From an uncultured delta proteobacterium (GTDB lineage Bacteria; Desulfobacterota; Binatia; UTPRO1): a stretch of 64,000 bases of DNA. The notes under the pieces are model-generated. The model was not told the DNA's origin, did not search any database, and saw nothing but the letters and a program-made list of their open reading frames with translations. Below, piece after piece: positions 62,349 through 64,000 of this stretch (the stretch's first letter is position 1; each line of letters opens with the position of its first letter). The stretch is taken from the NCBI GenBank assembly GCA_963846105.1, contig CAWJUT010000025.1, forward strand, positions 341,579 to 405,578. The letters are read 5' to 3'. The position numbers and the translations under genes were made by a program.

Positions 62349-63959
62349 TGCAGGTTCGTCTCAGCGAGGTCCCGCTCGAACGCGTGCCTGCCGACCTGCT
62401 GGCGTTCGCGCTCACCAGCGACGCGCTCGCCGCCGGTCCGGCGCTGCGGCGTCTCGAACGTCTCCTCGGCCGGCGTGTTCGCGACCAGCTCAAGCACCGC
62501 CGCTTCACGGCGGGCGAGGGCACGTCGATGCTGCTCGACGCCGGCCGGCGCATGCGCGCGCGTCATGTCGCGGTCATCGGTCTCGGCGCGGCGAAGGTCC
62601 TGGGTCTCGACACCTGGAGGCACGCCGCGGGTCAGGTGGTGGTACGGGCGCGCGAGGCCGGGGCGACCACCGCGGCGCTCGCGCTCGCGCATCGGCCGGG
62701 CGACCTCGTCGGCGTCGTCGGCGCCGCTCGCCGAGGGTGCCATCCTCACGTCGTACGGATTCAACGAGTATCGCCGCGACGCGGAGCGCGTGCCTCTCCG
62801 ATCGCTGGTCATCGCCGGTCTCGAAGCGCGGCGCGATCGCGCTCTCGTCGCCGCGCTCCGGCGCGCGACGGTGCTGGCCGCGGCGACCAACCAGGCGCGC
62901 ACCTGGATCAACTTGCCGGCCGCCGTCATGACGCCAACGGCGTTCGCGGCCGAGGCGGCACGCGTCGGGCGCGCCGCCGGGCTCGCGGTACGCGTCGACG
63001 GTCCGGAGGAGATCGCCGGCCTCGGCATGGGGGCGCTCCTCGGCGTCTCGAGCGGCAGCGCGGAGCCGCCGCGCTTCATCCGCTTGACCTATCGACCGAA
63101 GGGGAAGCCCGCCAAGCGCATCGCCCTCGTCGGCAAGGGCATCACGTTCGACAGCGGCGGACTCTCGCTCAAGACCGCCGACGGTATGGAGCACATGAAG
63201 CGCGACATGGCCGGCGGCGCGGCGGTGGTCGCCGCCATGTGCGCGATCGCGGCGCTGCGCCCGTCAATCGAGGTGCGGGCGTACGTGCCGGCGAGCGAGA
63301 ACATGCCCGGTGGTGCCGCGATGAAGCCGGGCGACGTGTTGCGGACCGCGGCAGGGACGACGGTCGAGGTCCTCAACACCGATGCCGAGGGACGACTGGT
63401 GCTCGCTGACGCGCTCGCGGTCGCCCTGCGGGACGCCCCCGATGCGATCATCGACCTTGCCACGCTGACGGGCGCGGTGCGGACCGCGCTCGGGACCCGG
63501 GTGGGTGCGGTGATGGGCAACGACGCCGGACTCGTGCGCGCGCTCGTCGCTGCCGGCGCCGCCGGCGGCGAGCGACTCTGGGAGCTGCCGCTCGTGGCAG
63601 CCTACCGCGCCGACCTCGACAGCACGGTCGCCGATCTTCGCAACGTCGCGCCCGAGGGGTATGGCGGCTCGATCCACGCCGGGCTCTTCTTGCAGGAGTT
63701 CGTCGGTGGACGGCCGTGGGCGCATCTCGATATCGCCGGTGTGGCGTTCAGCGACAAGGATCTGCCCTGTTCGCCGCGCGGCGCGGTCGGCTTCGGCGTC
63801 CGGCTGCTGGCGCGCTACGTCAGCGCGCACGCCGAGGTCGCGAGCGAGTCCGAGGTCGGAACGTCGGGCGCGGTCAGGCCGCGGCGGCGCGCACCGCTTC
63901 GAGGTCGGCGACGGTCTTCGGGACCGCCGCGGAGAGCACGCGCGCGCCGTCGGCGGTGA
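62345..63959 (+). CDS. pepA: Leucyl aminopeptidase, M17 family (one frameshift ~62700; 3' end uncertain)
   Basis: VGKGITFDSGGLSLK, NTDAEGRLVLADAL, and the M17 active-site region. N-terminus lies in frame 61856.. Confidence 0.75.
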
Positions 63960-64000
63960 CCAGCACGTCGTCCTCGATGCGGATGCCGATGCCGCGCCAC
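63873..64000 (-). CDS. Xaa-Pro aminopeptidase / M24-family peptidase C-terminus (3' partial gene at the window edge)
   Basis: Minus-strand translation ...WRGIGIRIEDDVLVTADGARVLSAAVPKTVADLEAVRAAAA*. Confidence 0.5.

Noticed and set aside
1-64000. CRISPR arrays, rRNA and tRNA genes
   Set aside because: No short-period direct repeats with unique spacers were seen. No cloverleaf-like conserved tRNA features (GTTC..A, TPsiC loop) were recognised. No rRNA-like conserved segments were recognised. The tandem repeats found (170 bp and 27 bp) are coding

Overview
This is a 64 kb, high-GC (~68-70%) window. It very likely comes from a Myxococcales-type deltaproteobacterium: several ORFs carry the Myxococcus cysteine-rich repeat (CGNGxxExGEQCDDGN...GDGC).

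The window is a mixture of two things. (1) Ordinary housekeeping and metabolic genes: GH1 beta-glucosidase, cytochrome P450, a DEAD-box helicase, aguB-aguA for agmatine to putrescine, GST, VIT transporter, mscL, plsC, aroE, a GT39/ArnT-like glycosyltransferase, esterase, HAD phosphatase, QueD/PTPS, acyl-CoA synthetase, an M17 aminopeptidase and others. (2) An unusually dense set of large secreted, Cys-rich, multi-domain proteins. Their catalytic or binding domains include a lysyl-oxidase-like domain with P-domains, pectate-lyase-like beta-helices, a multiheme and a monoheme cytochrome c, a PQQ-dehydrogenase-like beta-propeller with RTX repeats, a metzincin protease, and tandem DUF1554 domains. 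These domains are shuffled with a small set of recurring Cys modules.

The most striking pattern is a ~165-aa C-terminal domain of unknown function (conserved W-K-W, LCVYD and PCW motifs) that ends four different secreted proteins within the first 28 kb. A second recurring module has the form C-x-K-x-I-x-K ... LK-x4-C.

Other notable items:
- a candidate UGSC-family selenoprotein with an in-frame TGA and a SECIS-like hairpin;
- a thioredoxin-fold fusion protein nearby;
- a ~380-nt C-depleted purine-rich tract, and a second C-poor tract, bracketing a ~6 kb degenerate island that holds a cNMP-binding/ECF-sigma pair, a DUF1329-like pseudogene and an IS91-like transposase remnant;
- a HerA/DUF853-like P-loop ATPase with a small partner ORF.

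An important caveat: about 17 genes, including housekeeping ones, show frameshifts, and one sits in a G6 homopolymer. Many of the reported ORF fragments therefore belong to single genes, and sequencing error cannot be separated from pseudogenisation without re-sequencing. No rRNA, tRNA or CRISPR array was recognised.
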